Positions 47,631 through 56,706 of a DNA stretch of 64,000 nucleotides are shown one piece after another. Every line of letters starts with the position of its first letter. Position 1 is the first letter of the stretch. Under the pieces are notes generated by a model that saw only the letters and a program-made list of their open reading frames with translations, was not told where the DNA came from and did not search any database. A program made the translations under genes and the position numbers. This DNA is from an uncultured Alphaproteobacteria bacterium (GTDB taxonomy: Bacteria; Pseudomonadota; Alphaproteobacteria; HIMB59; GCA-002718135), in assembly GCA_902597795.1 (NCBI GenBank), contig CACJZA010000007.1:4733-68732 (forward strand), written 5' to 3'.

Positions 47631-47656
47631 TTTCTGGCCAGATTACTGGCCAGAAA
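47631..47656 (-). promoter_or_regulatory. Intercistronic GC-rich hairpin after the SBP gene
   Basis: TTTCTGGCCAG-atta-CTGGCCAGAAA: perfect 11-bp stem between the SBP stop (47669) and the permease start (47623). Confidence 0.6.
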
Positions 47657-47668
47657 ATATAAAATTTA

Positions 47669-49243
47669 TTAGTTTACGTTTGCAAATCTAAATAATGGCT
47701 CGTTGTTCATTCTAATTGGAACATCTACGTTACTTTTTGATGCTTGGTTGACAACTTGGTGATGTAAAGGAAGATATGTTACATCATCTTGAGTAATATC
47801 CCAAGCTTCAGCAATCATAGCATTTCTTTTATCTTGATCAGTTTCAACACCCATTGCTGCTACTAACTCATCAACTCTAGCATTGCTGAAATTAACTTTA
47901 TTCCAGCTACCAGCACTATCAAATAAGTATGAGTATACGTAATGACTGTCAAAAGTTGGAACACCCCAACCTAGCATATACATGTCACTTGTCATACCAT
48001 TTGCATCACCTTCTTTAACTTCTGAGAAGTGTTGACTTTTTGTTTTTGCATCAAGAGTTACATCAACTCCAATTTTAGCAAACATACCAATTGCAGCAAC
48101 ACAAATTGCTTCGTCATTGATATAACGATCATTTGGACAATCTAGTGTAACCTCAAATCCATCCGGATACCCAGCTTCTGCTAAAAGTTTTTTTGATAGC
48201 TCTGGATCGTAAGGCAATCTTTCATCACGTGCAGCTGTATGACCGTTTACACCAGGAGCAGTGATAATTCCTGCAGGAACACTTTGTCCTCTCATTACCT
48301 TATCCTTAATAGCTTCCATATCTAAAGCATGGTACATTGCTAAACGAACTCTTTTATCTGCAAAAGGATTTTTACCTTTGATATTAGATGAATTTAATTC
48401 AGCAGAACCTTGATCCATTCCAAAAAATATTGTTCTATTTTGAGGAGTCATTTTTACACCATGTCCAGCAGAAGATTTGATTCTCTCAATGTCTTGAACT
48501 GGAACAACGTTTGTGTAGTCAATTTCTCCAGATAGAAGTGCTGCAACTCTTGTTGCATCATTTGCAATTGGAAGTAGTTCAATAGTATCTACATTGAAAG
48601 TACTATCATCGCCCCACCAATCATTATTTTTTTCAAAAACAGTTCTTACGTCCTGTTCTCTAAAAGTAATTTTGAAAGGTCCAGTTCCGTTTGCATTTGA
48701 AGCACAATAAGATGTTTCACCTGCATCCCAATTGTATGAAACTTCACAACCATTTGCTTTTGCCCAATCTTCAGACATAACAAATATCTGCGTTAATTGA
48801 TTTAAAAGAATTGGATTTGGTCCATCTGTTACAATCTGAACTGTATGATCGGTTAGAGCTGTTGCTGAACTAATACTTTTAATTAAATCAACCATATCAG
48901 ACGGAGCAGTTTTTGCTCTATTGATACTGAAAGCAACATCACTAGCTGTTAAATCTGACCCATCATGAAATTTTACACCTTTACGAATTGTAAATATCCA
49001 AGTGCTATCAGAAGTTGTTTTCCAAGACTCTGCAAGCTGAGGCAGTATTTCCATATTTATACCTGGAGTTACTAAACCTTCATATACTTGACGAGATACC
49101 ATGTGGGTTGGTCCTTCGTTTTGTGCGTGCGGATCAAGAGTTAATGAGTCACCTGGCATTGACCATTTTATTGTATTAGCAAATGCTGGTGAAAAAACAC
49201 CCAAGAAAAGCAATGACAAAACAATGCTTAAAGTTTTTTTCAT
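47669..49243 (-). CDS. ABC transporter substrate-binding protein, family 5
   Basis: 524 aa with a signal peptide (MKKTLSIVLSLLFLGVFSPAFA). GGAGGA Shine-Dalgarno at 49250..49255 (minus strand). Confidence 0.9.
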   Translation of the reverse strand: MKKTLSIVLSLLFLGVFSPAFANTIKWSMPGDSLTLDPHAQNEGPTHMVSRQVYEGLVTPGINMEILPQLAESWKTTSDSTWIFTIRKGVKFHDGSDLTASDVAFSINRAKTAPSDMVDLIKSISSATALTDHTVQIVTDGPNPILLNQLTQIFVMSEDWAKANGCEVSYNWDAGETSYCASNANGTGPFKITFREQDVRTVFEKNNDWWGDDSTFNVDTIELLPIANDATRVAALLSGEIDYTNVVPVQDIERIKSSAGHGVKMTPQNRTIFFGMDQGSAELNSSNIKGKNPFADKRVRLAMYHALDMEAIKDKVMRGQSVPAGIITAPGVNGHTAARDERLPYDPELSKKLLAEAGYPDGFEVTLDCPNDRYINDEAICVAAIGMFAKIGVDVTLDAKTKSQHFSEVKEGDANGMTSDMYMLGWGVPTFDSHYVYSYLFDSAGSWNKVNFSNARVDELVAAMGVETDQDKRNAMIAEAWDITQDDVTYLPLHHQVVNQASKSNVDVPIRMNNEPLFRFANVN

Positions 49244-49385
49244 ATTATTTCCTCCATAGAAATTTGATGTTAGATCCTTACTACTTCAATGGAAATATTC
49301 AATATTATTAGTATTAATAAGTGCTATATTTTGTCATAATTATTAGTATTACTTAATACGTATCCCTTGAAGGAGGCTTAATATA

Positions 49386-50036
49386 GTGAAAAGGATAGAA
49401 AAAGCACAAGAGGTTTCTAGAATACTTAATCGTATATATAAAAAGGTACCTATACCTCTTTCCCACAAAAATAAATTTGAATTAGTTGTAGCTGTACTTC
49501 TTAGTGCACAATGTACAGATGAAAGAGTTAATCAAGTTACGCCAAAACTATTTAAAAAAGCAAATACAGCTATAAAAATGACAAAAGTGCCAAAAACAAC
49601 AATTTATAATATTATTCGTCCTTGTGGTTTGGCACCTCAGAAATCAAAAGCAATTTTTGAACTATCAAGAATTCTTGTAAAAAAATTTAAAGGCAATGTT
49701 CCAGAAAGTTTTGAGGAATTAGAAAAATTGCCAGGTGTTGGTCACAAAACAGCCAGTGTTGTTATGTCTCAAGGATTTGGTCATCCAGCATTTCCAGTTG
49801 ATACGCACATTCATCGTTTAGCTCAACGTTGGGGTTTAACAAATGGTAAAAATGTTGTCCAAACAGAAAAAGATTTAAAATATCTTTTTCCAAAAAAATC
49901 TTGGAACAAACTTCATTTACAAATAATATTTTATGGAAGAGAATTTTGTCAGGCAAGAAGTTGTTATGGTTTGGAATGTGAAATATGTAAAGTTTGTAAT
50001 CCTAAGAGAAAAACACCTATTAAAACAAAAAAGTAG
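49386..50036 (+). CDS. nth: Endonuclease III (HhH-GPD DNA glycosylase/AP lyase)
   Basis: 216 aa. GTG start preceded by GAAGGAGG. LPGVGHKTASVVM (HhH with catalytic Lys), VDTHIHRL (Asp), and a C-terminal Cys cluster. Confidence 0.85.
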   Translation: MKRIEKAQEVSRILNRIYKKVPIPLSHKNKFELVVAVLLSAQCTDERVNQVTPKLFKKANTAIKMTKVPKTTIYNIIRPCGLAPQKSKAIFELSRILVKKFKGNVPESFEELEKLPGVGHKTASVVMSQGFGHPAFPVDTHIHRLAQRWGLTNGKNVVQTEKDLKYLFPKKSWNKLHLQIIFYGREFCQARSCYGLECEICKVCNPKRKTPIKTKK

Positions 50037-50039
50037 TAA

Positions 50040-50459
50040 TTAAAAAGGCTGAAATACAACAAGTATAAGTATAAAAATCAATATTACTGCTGGTGCCTCA
50101 TTTGTAATTCTAAAAAACTTAGTGGAGTATTTATTTTTATCATTTTTAAAATCATTAAGACATTTTAAACAAAAAAAATGATAACCAGATAATAAAATTA
50201 CAAATAAAATTTTTAAAAGTAACCAAGTATCAATACCCACATAATGTGTAAGTGTAAAACCTGATATCCACGTCACTATAAAAGCTGGAAACATAATTAT
50301 TCTGTACAATTTTCCTTCCATAAGTTTGAATGTTTCTGAGGTTTCTTTTGTAATTTCAGGATTAGCATGATTTACAAACAAACGTGGCAGATATAAAAGT
50401 CCAGCCATCCAAGCTATGATACTAAAAATATGAATAACTTTCAGAGTATTAAATAACAT
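50040..50459 (-). CDS. hemJ: HemJ-type protoporphyrinogen IX oxidase (UPF0093/CopD-like)
   Basis: 139-aa four-TM protein with the N-terminus LKVIHIFSIIAWMAGLLYLPRLFV typical of HemJ. Located in a heme gene cluster. Confidence 0.75.
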   Translation of the reverse strand: MLFNTLKVIHIFSIIAWMAGLLYLPRLFVNHANPEITKETSETFKLMEGKLYRIIMFPAFIVTWISGFTLTHYVGIDTWLLLKILFVILLSGYHFFCLKCLNDFKNDKNKYSTKFFRITNEAPAVILIFILILVVFQPF

Positions 50460-50462
50460 TAT

Positions 50463-51272
50463 TTATTCCCATACCGCGTGAGGAGGCATTGACATTAATA
50501 TAGCATCAACATTCCCGCCAGTCTCTAGACCAAATTTTGTACCTCTATCATATAATAAGTTAAATTCAGCATAGCGACTACGCTTAACTAATTGTATCTT
50601 TTTTTCCTCTTCATTCCACTCCTCATCTTTAAGTGCAATTAAAGTATTTTTGATAAACTGATGAAAATAAATACCTACGTCTTGGACAAATTCAAAATCT
50701 TTTCCCCAATCGCCAGTTTGAAGGTAATCAAAAAATATTCCTCCAACACCTCTTGGTTCGTTTCTATGTTTAAGAAAAAAATAGTCATCACACCATTTTT
50801 TAAATTTAGGATAATATGATTTATCATATTTATTACACAAAACTTCTAAACCACTATGATATTTTTTCTCATCCTCAAATATTAAACAAGGTGTAATATC
50901 CATGCCTCCACCAAACCATTCCTGAGTGGTTTTAATAAATCTTGTATTAAAATGCATAGAAGGAATTTTAGGTGAAACAGGATGTAATACAACACTGATG
51001 CCGGTTGCATTATAATTTGGATCTTCTTTAGCACCCGGAATAGCATCTCTCATATTTTCGTTAAATGTCCCAGAGACGGTAGAAATATTTACTCCACCTT
51101 TTTCAACAATATTACCTTTAATTTTACTCATTTTACCACCACCATCACCTTTGTGATCCCAGTTACTTATTTCAAATTGATTTTCATCAATGTTTTGAAT
51201 AGTTTCAACTAAGTTATCTCGTAATTTTTCAAACCATTCTTTTGCAGTATTAAATTTGGGATCAGCAATCAT
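50463..51272 (-). CDS. hemF: Oxygen-dependent coproporphyrinogen III oxidase
   Basis: HemF-like throughout (RNEPRGVGGIFFDY). The ATG at 51272 forms an ATGA overlap with the hemH stop; the track uses an upstream TTG at 51281. Confidence 0.9.
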   Translation of the reverse strand: MIADPKFNTAKEWFEKLRDNLVETIQNIDENQFEISNWDHKGDGGGKMSKIKGNIVEKGGVNISTVSGTFNENMRDAIPGAKEDPNYNATGISVVLHPVSPKIPSMHFNTRFIKTTQEWFGGGMDITPCLIFEDEKKYHSGLEVLCNKYDKSYYPKFKKWCDDYFFLKHRNEPRGVGGIFFDYLQTGDWGKDFEFVQDVGIYFHQFIKNTLIALKDEEWNEEEKKIQLVKRSRYAEFNLLYDRGTKFGLETGGNVDAILMSMPPHAVWE

Positions 51273-52294
51273 AATGGCCAACCTTGAGTATGTTTTTTTA
51301 TCAGATTTACAAAAACATCTATGTGATCATCGTGATCGTTCAAGCAAGGTATATAATGATAATTTTCTCCACCTGACTCCATAAAATATTCTTTATTTTC
51401 TTCTTCAAGTTCTTCAAGTGTTTCAAGACAATCACTACTGAAACCAGGAGATATTATATGTATATTTTTAATCCCTTGTTTTGGTAATTCTTTTAATGTT
51501 TCACTTGTATATGGTTTTAACCATTCCTCTCTTCCAAATCTACTTTGGAAAGTAGTCATTATCTCATCATCAGATAATCCCATATGTTCTTTGACCAGTC
51601 TTGTGGTTTTAAGACAAAAGCAATGATACGGATCACCATTAGTCAAATACCTTTTTGGTATACCATGATAACTAAAAATAATTTTTTGTGGTTTTGAAGT
51701 TTTTTTCCAAAAAGACTTTATTGAATTTGACAATGCTTCAATATAATTTTTTTCTTCAAAGTACTGATTGATAAAACGCATTTCAGGTATCCAACGCCAT
51801 TTTTGCAATACATTTGTTACTTCATCAAATGTACTACCTGTTGTTGCAGCACAATATTGCGGATACATAGGTAGTACTAATAATCTTCTTACTTGTTTTT
51901 TTTGAAGTTTTAACAAAGCATCTGGAATAGATGGATTGCCATAACGCATTCCAACTTCAAAAACTATATTTTCATTTTTTGAAGAAAAAGATGATTGGAT
52001 TTTATTTAGTTGTCTGTTTGCGATATTTAAAAGTGGAGAACCCTTATCAGTCCAAATTTGTTTGTATGCTTCTGCTGACTTTGATGGTCTTATTTGTAAA
52101 ATTACTAACTTCAATATAATTTGCCATAAGATTTTAGGTAATTCTATTACTCTAGGGTCTGACAAAAATTGATTAAGATAAACTTTTAGTTCTTTTTTAT
52201 TTGGAGCATCTGGTGTGCCTAGGTTAGTAATTAAAACACCAATTTTTTCTTTACTCCCGTGCTCATAATCTTTTTCACCTATATATTTAACCAT
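51269..52294 (-). CDS. hemH: Ferrochelatase
   Basis: 341 aa with GVLITNLGTPDAP, MRYGNPSI and PMYPQY motifs. Confidence 0.9.
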   Translation of the reverse strand: MVKYIGEKDYEHGSKEKIGVLITNLGTPDAPNKKELKVYLNQFLSDPRVIELPKILWQIILKLVILQIRPSKSAEAYKQIWTDKGSPLLNIANRQLNKIQSSFSSKNENIVFEVGMRYGNPSIPDALLKLQKKQVRRLLVLPMYPQYCAATTGSTFDEVTNVLQKWRWIPEMRFINQYFEEKNYIEALSNSIKSFWKKTSKPQKIIFSYHGIPKRYLTNGDPYHCFCLKTTRLVKEHMGLSDDEIMTTFQSRFGREEWLKPYTSETLKELPKQGIKNIHIISPGFSSDCLETLEELEEENKEYFMESGGENYHYIPCLNDHDDHIDVFVNLIKKHTQGWPL

Positions 52295-52299
52295 ATCTA

Positions 52300-53298
52300 T
52301 TAGCTAAATTCTTTTCTGATATTTTCTATAAATAAATGAACATTTTTTTCTGGAGTATTTTTGTTAATTCCATGTCCAAGGCCACAAATCCAGCCATTAA
52401 GATTTTCAATTGATTTCATTTTTTTAATAAAATCTTTTAAATCATTAAGAAGTATGTCTGTTTCGCTTAACATTAATTGTTCATTAAAATTTCCTTGAAT
52501 AAATCCATGTTTTTGATTTTCAAACATAGATTTAAGATCTATTGTGTGATCATAGCCAAAACCAGCAAAGGGAAAACTTATGATAGAATTAAGATCTGTT
52601 AAACTCTTACCTCTTGAATAATAGCCAAGTTTATTTGGAAAAGAAATTGCAATCTCTTCCAAAAATTTTGAATAAATTTCATGAAAATTTATTTTATCTA
52701 AATCATACAAGGAGCTATCAAAAATCATCACAAGTTCTACACCTGCATCTAATTGTAATTGAATATTTTTCTTAAGAAGAGGTAAGAGAATTTTTGAAAT
52801 AAATTCTAAATTCATTTTAGTGTCGATTAAATCAGAGTTATTATTTCCAAATGCATATTTTGATAATGTCCAAGGTCCACCAACAAATCCAATTAAACTT
52901 TTATTATTAGGCAATTTCTCTTTTGTTATTTTTATAGCTTCAAATTGAAACTGCATATGCTCAATGCCACGATCAATATTACTATAATTACTAATGTTTT
53001 CTGAATTTATATAAGAATTAAATTTAGGTCCTGGGTCAAACTTTAATTCTAAACCAAGTCCCTCCAAGATAAATAAAATATCACTAAATAAAATTGCAAT
53101 ATCGTAATCAAACTCTTGTATTGGACCAAAAGCGACTTCTGCGGCTAGATCTGGAGTTTTACAAAGTTCTTCAAAAGTATATTTTTCTTTTAGCTTGCGA
53201 TAATGCGAATGGTACCTCCCAGCCTGTCTCATAAACCAAATGGGTGGTGTTTTTTGAATATTTCTTTTGATAGCATTTTCGAATAAAATATTTTTCAT
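52300..53298 (-). CDS. hemE: Uroporphyrinogen decarboxylase
   Basis: PPIWFMRQAGRY motif. The ATG at 53298 (MKNILFEN) lies 2 nt after the hemC stop; the track start at 53328 would overlap hemC by 28 nt. Confidence 0.9.
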   Translation of the reverse strand: MKNILFENAIKRNIQKTPPIWFMRQAGRYHSHYRKLKEKYTFEELCKTPDLAAEVAFGPIQEFDYDIAILFSDILFILEGLGLELKFDPGPKFNSYINSENISNYSNIDRGIEHMQFQFEAIKITKEKLPNNKSLIGFVGGPWTLSKYAFGNNNSDLIDTKMNLEFISKILLPLLKKNIQLQLDAGVELVMIFDSSLYDLDKINFHEIYSKFLEEIAISFPNKLGYYSRGKSLTDLNSIISFPFAGFGYDHTIDLKSMFENQKHGFIQGNFNEQLMLSETDILLNDLKDFIKKMKSIENLNGWICGLGHGINKNTPEKNVHLFIENIRKEFS

Positions 53299-53300
53299 TT

Positions 53301-54809
53301 TTAGGCTTTTAGTAATTTTTTCTTCCAACTATCATAAGATAGCTCAACAAAAAGATTTTTATCATTACCTAATATTTTGCTAATCTCATTGTAAGTATTT
53401 CCTGGGCCACAAAAATGATATTTTTCTATAATTTTAGGATATTTATCAATACTCGCCTTAAAAGCTGAACTACTCATCCAATAAAAGTACTTTTTCTTTT
53501 CTATATCTATTTCAAAATCAATAGACTCCAATTGATACGTTTCAATTTTATTTTTTATGGAACTTTCAGAAGATTGAGAATGAGTTAACTTAACCCAAGG
53601 ATTATTTGTAAGTGAATTAATATCTTTATCAAAATCCTCACCAAGACCATCTGAAGTTCCATTAACCCAAATACCTCTTTCAGATAAATTTTTCCATGTT
53701 CTTAAACCACTAGTCCAAATAACATTATTTGATTGGATTTTTGACTTATCTGGGATTGAGCTAATTCGTGAAACATAAATACATTTATTTTGTAAATTAT
53801 TTATATCATCAACATTTTCATTTAATTGTTTTCTAGAAAATATTTTATAATTTTTTAAATTTTCAGGATAAATTTCATCTGTTGTATTACTAGTAAAACT
53901 TATATCTTTTGGATCAATAAAATCCCAGCTCTCAAAATGATTGCCATTTTCATCTTCACCTCTTTTAGATACAACTAATCCTAATTTATGTGAGATGTAA
54001 GATACTCCTATTTTTTGATGACATCCTCCTCCATAATTTTTTAAAATATTTCTTTCTTGAATAACATTTGAATAATCTTTGGAAAAATTAATATCATTTA
54101 AAATTTCGTTAAGTTTATTATCTTTAATTCTTGTTTCAATCGCTAGAGCTCCTTGTCCAGGAGAACAAGGATTTATAGACAATGGTAAAACAGACCATAG
54201 ACATTCGTTAATATATTTTTTTAGAGTTGTTTTTAATTCATTAAATTCAGAATAATTATTTAAAAGTAATCTATCAATTGCTGCCTTAGCAACAATGAAA
54301 CCATCACTATTAGGATCTTCCAGAAATTTTTTAAATCTAGTAGGTATGTTACCTCTTATATTTTCAAAGCAAACTTCATCAAACTTTTGTGGAAGATAAT
54401 TTTCAATAAAATTTTCTAAATTATATTGTCTTCGAGGCGATGAGCAAAGAATAGTAATTTTCTTACCATCTAATGTTATGTTTTTTTTTAAGAATAATAC
54501 ATCTCTTTTGTCGGCTCGTTTTATTGTTGCAGTTATTTTAGTTTTATCACCAACTTCAATTGGAAGATCCTTCCAAGAGTGGACAATTAAATCACATTTA
54601 TTATTTATTAATTCATCTCTTAAATCATTAGTAAAAACACCTTCTGTTGGCATTTCAGAAAGAGGGGTCTTTAGATCTTTATCTCCAGAGGTACTTCTCG
54701 TTAAAAATTCTATTTCTACAAAAGGATGTTTTGATTGCAAATAATCGGAAAACTCACGTGCTTGAATAATTGCTAAGTCACTTTTTCTCGATAAAACTCT
54801 AATTTTCAT
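53301..54809 (-). CDS. hemC: Hydroxymethylbilane synthase with a ~190-aa C-terminal extension (possibly uroporphyrinogen-III synthase-like)
   Basis: Residues 1 to about 300 carry HemC motifs: SGDKD, HSWKDLP, RGNIPTRFKK, PGQGALAIE, and the cofactor Cys in GGGCHQKIGV. Total length is 502 aa against about 310 for a typical HemC. Confidence 0.8.
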   Translation of the reverse strand: MKIRVLSRKSDLAIIQAREFSDYLQSKHPFVEIEFLTRSTSGDKDLKTPLSEMPTEGVFTNDLRDELINNKCDLIVHSWKDLPIEVGDKTKITATIKRADKRDVLFLKKNITLDGKKITILCSSPRRQYNLENFIENYLPQKFDEVCFENIRGNIPTRFKKFLEDPNSDGFIVAKAAIDRLLLNNYSEFNELKTTLKKYINECLWSVLPLSINPCSPGQGALAIETRIKDNKLNEILNDINFSKDYSNVIQERNILKNYGGGCHQKIGVSYISHKLGLVVSKRGEDENGNHFESWDFIDPKDISFTSNTTDEIYPENLKNYKIFSRKQLNENVDDINNLQNKCIYVSRISSIPDKSKIQSNNVIWTSGLRTWKNLSERGIWVNGTSDGLGEDFDKDINSLTNNPWVKLTHSQSSESSIKNKIETYQLESIDFEIDIEKKKYFYWMSSSAFKASIDKYPKIIEKYHFCGPGNTYNEISKILGNDKNLFVELSYDSWKKKLLKA

Positions 54810-54851
54810 GGATTATATTTATTTAAATAGCACTATATAATAAAATTAGTA

Positions 54852-55415
54852 ATGGTTGAATTTAAAGGTACAAAATCTTCGTGGGGCTTGGTTGCAAAAC
54901 TTTTTCATTGGTCATTAGCACTTCTTCTTTTTTGGCAAGTTGCAACAGGGATTAGCCTTCATAATATGGAATTTTCTCCTCTTAAAATGGGTTTTATTAT
55001 TACTCATAAATTTTTTGGCACCTTAGTCTTTAGTTTAGTTGTACTTAGATTAATGTGGAAATACATATTTAATACTCATCCGAAATATGAAAATATTCCT
55101 TTATTTCATAAATTGGTTTCGAATTTAGTCCATTTTGTACTTTATGGTTTAGTTATTCTTATTCCTATTCAAGGTACCTTTATGACCTGGCTTGGAGGAG
55201 AAGATGTCCATCTCTTGGGATTAATTACAATACCACCTTTAATCGAAGAGAACTTTTTTCTATACCCTCAAGCTCTGGCTATACACTACTACTCAGCACT
55301 TATATTAACAGCTCTTTTTTCACTTCATATTGCAGCGGCATTGTATCATCGATTCATGATTAAAGATAAATATGGTGTCTGGAGGAGAATGTCTTTTAGT
55401 AGACATAAGGTGTGA
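54852..55415 (+). CDS. Cytochrome b561-family membrane protein
   Basis: 187 aa, four TM helices, with conserved His positions (KLFHWSLAL, ITHKFFG, HYYSA, HIAAALYH). Confidence 0.75.
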   Translation: MVEFKGTKSSWGLVAKLFHWSLALLLFWQVATGISLHNMEFSPLKMGFIITHKFFGTLVFSLVVLRLMWKYIFNTHPKYENIPLFHKLVSNLVHFVLYGLVILIPIQGTFMTWLGGEDVHLLGLITIPPLIEENFFLYPQALAIHYYSALILTALFSLHIAAALYHRFMIKDKYGVWRRMSFSRHKV

Positions 55416-55470
55416 CAATTCATTCAATTAAAGACTTACAATTAAACATTGTCTAAGTTATCTAATATTA

Positions 55471-56706
55471 ATGCAATATAAAAATTTCTTTAAATCTGAA
55501 TTAAAAAATCTCAAAGAACAAGGTCTTTATAGAGACTTTAGAAATATAGACAGACCTATAAGAAGTTTTCCAAATGCAGATGAAAGTTTCAAAGATAAAC
55601 AAAGAGAAGTAGAGGTTTGGTGTTCTAATGACTATCTAAACATGAGTCAGCATCCAGAGGTAGTAAATGAAATTGTAAAAACACTACTTGAATATGGATC
55701 AGGTTCAGGTGGAACAAGAAATATTTCTGGTACATCAACCTATCATACTGAACTTGAAAAAAAACTCGCAAATGTTCACAATAAAGAAGCAGCATTAGTT
55801 TTTGCTTCTGCTTATACAGCAAACCAATCTACTTTATGGACTTTAGGAAAAAAAATTAAAGATATTGAGATATTTTCAGATGAATTAAATCATGCATCAT
55901 TAATACAAGGTATTAAGAATAGTGGAGCTAAGTGTCATATATTTAAACATAATGACATTGATCATTTAGAACAGTTACTAAAAGAGTCAGATGTAGATAA
56001 TCCTAAATTAATCGTTTTTGAAAGTTTGTACTCCATGGAAGGCATAAGATCACCCATAGTTAAAATTGTAGAGTTAGCAAAAAAATATAACTGCATGACA
56101 TATTTAGATGAAGTTCATTCAGTTGGACTTTACGGTAAAGAAGGTAAAGGTATTGCAGTAGAAATGGGAGTTGAAGATAAAATAGATATTATTAATGGGA
56201 CTTTAGCAAAAGCATACGGTCAAATGGGAGGCTATATTGCAGCTAGTTCAGAAATAATTGACTACATTAGGAGTTTTGCACCAGGTTTTATTTTTACAAC
56301 TTCAATTTGCCCATCAATTGCTGCAGGAGCATCTAAGGCAATAGATATTGTTTCTCTTGCAGAACAATTAAGAATAAGAATAAAAGAAAATGCTGCTTTA
56401 ATAAGGGAAAATTTAGATTCCTTAGCAATTCCTTATTTGGATACGAATTCTCATATAGTAGCAGTATTAATAAATGATCCTTTTTTATGTAAAAAAGTAT
56501 CGAAAGATTTAATTGATGATCATGGTATTTATGCACAACCAATTTTTTATCCAACTGTGCCAAAAGGTTTAGAAAGACTGAGAATAACCGTTACACCAAA
56601 GCATAGAAAAGAGCATATTGAAAAAATGATTAAGGCTCTAGATACTGTTTGGTCTAAAAACAATTTGCCAAGAAAAAATATTAATAAAGTTACAGCAAAT
56701 ATCTAA
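55471..56706 (+). CDS. hemA: 5-aminolevulinate synthase (C4/Shemin pathway)
   Basis: 411 aa with [11 protein letters not shown]...[16 protein letters not shown] and a PLP-Lys region (NGTLAKAYG). Confidence 0.9.
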   Translation: MQYKNFFKSELKNLKEQGLYRDFRNIDRPIRSFPNADESFKDKQREVEVWCSNDYLNMSQHPEVVNEIVKTLLEYGSGSGGTRNISGTSTYHTELEKKLANVHNKEAALVFASAYTANQSTLWTLGKKIKDIEIFSDELNHASLIQGIKNSGAKCHIFKHNDIDHLEQLLKESDVDNPKLIVFESLYSMEGIRSPIVKIVELAKKYNCMTYLDEVHSVGLYGKEGKGIAVEMGVEDKIDIINGTLAKAYGQMGGYIAASSEIIDYIRSFAPGFIFTTSICPSIAAGASKAIDIVSLAEQLRIRIKENAALIRENLDSLAIPYLDTNSHIVAVLINDPFLCKKVSKDLIDDHGIYAQPIFYPTVPKGLERLRITVTPKHRKEHIEKMIKALDTVWSKNNLPRKNINKVTANI

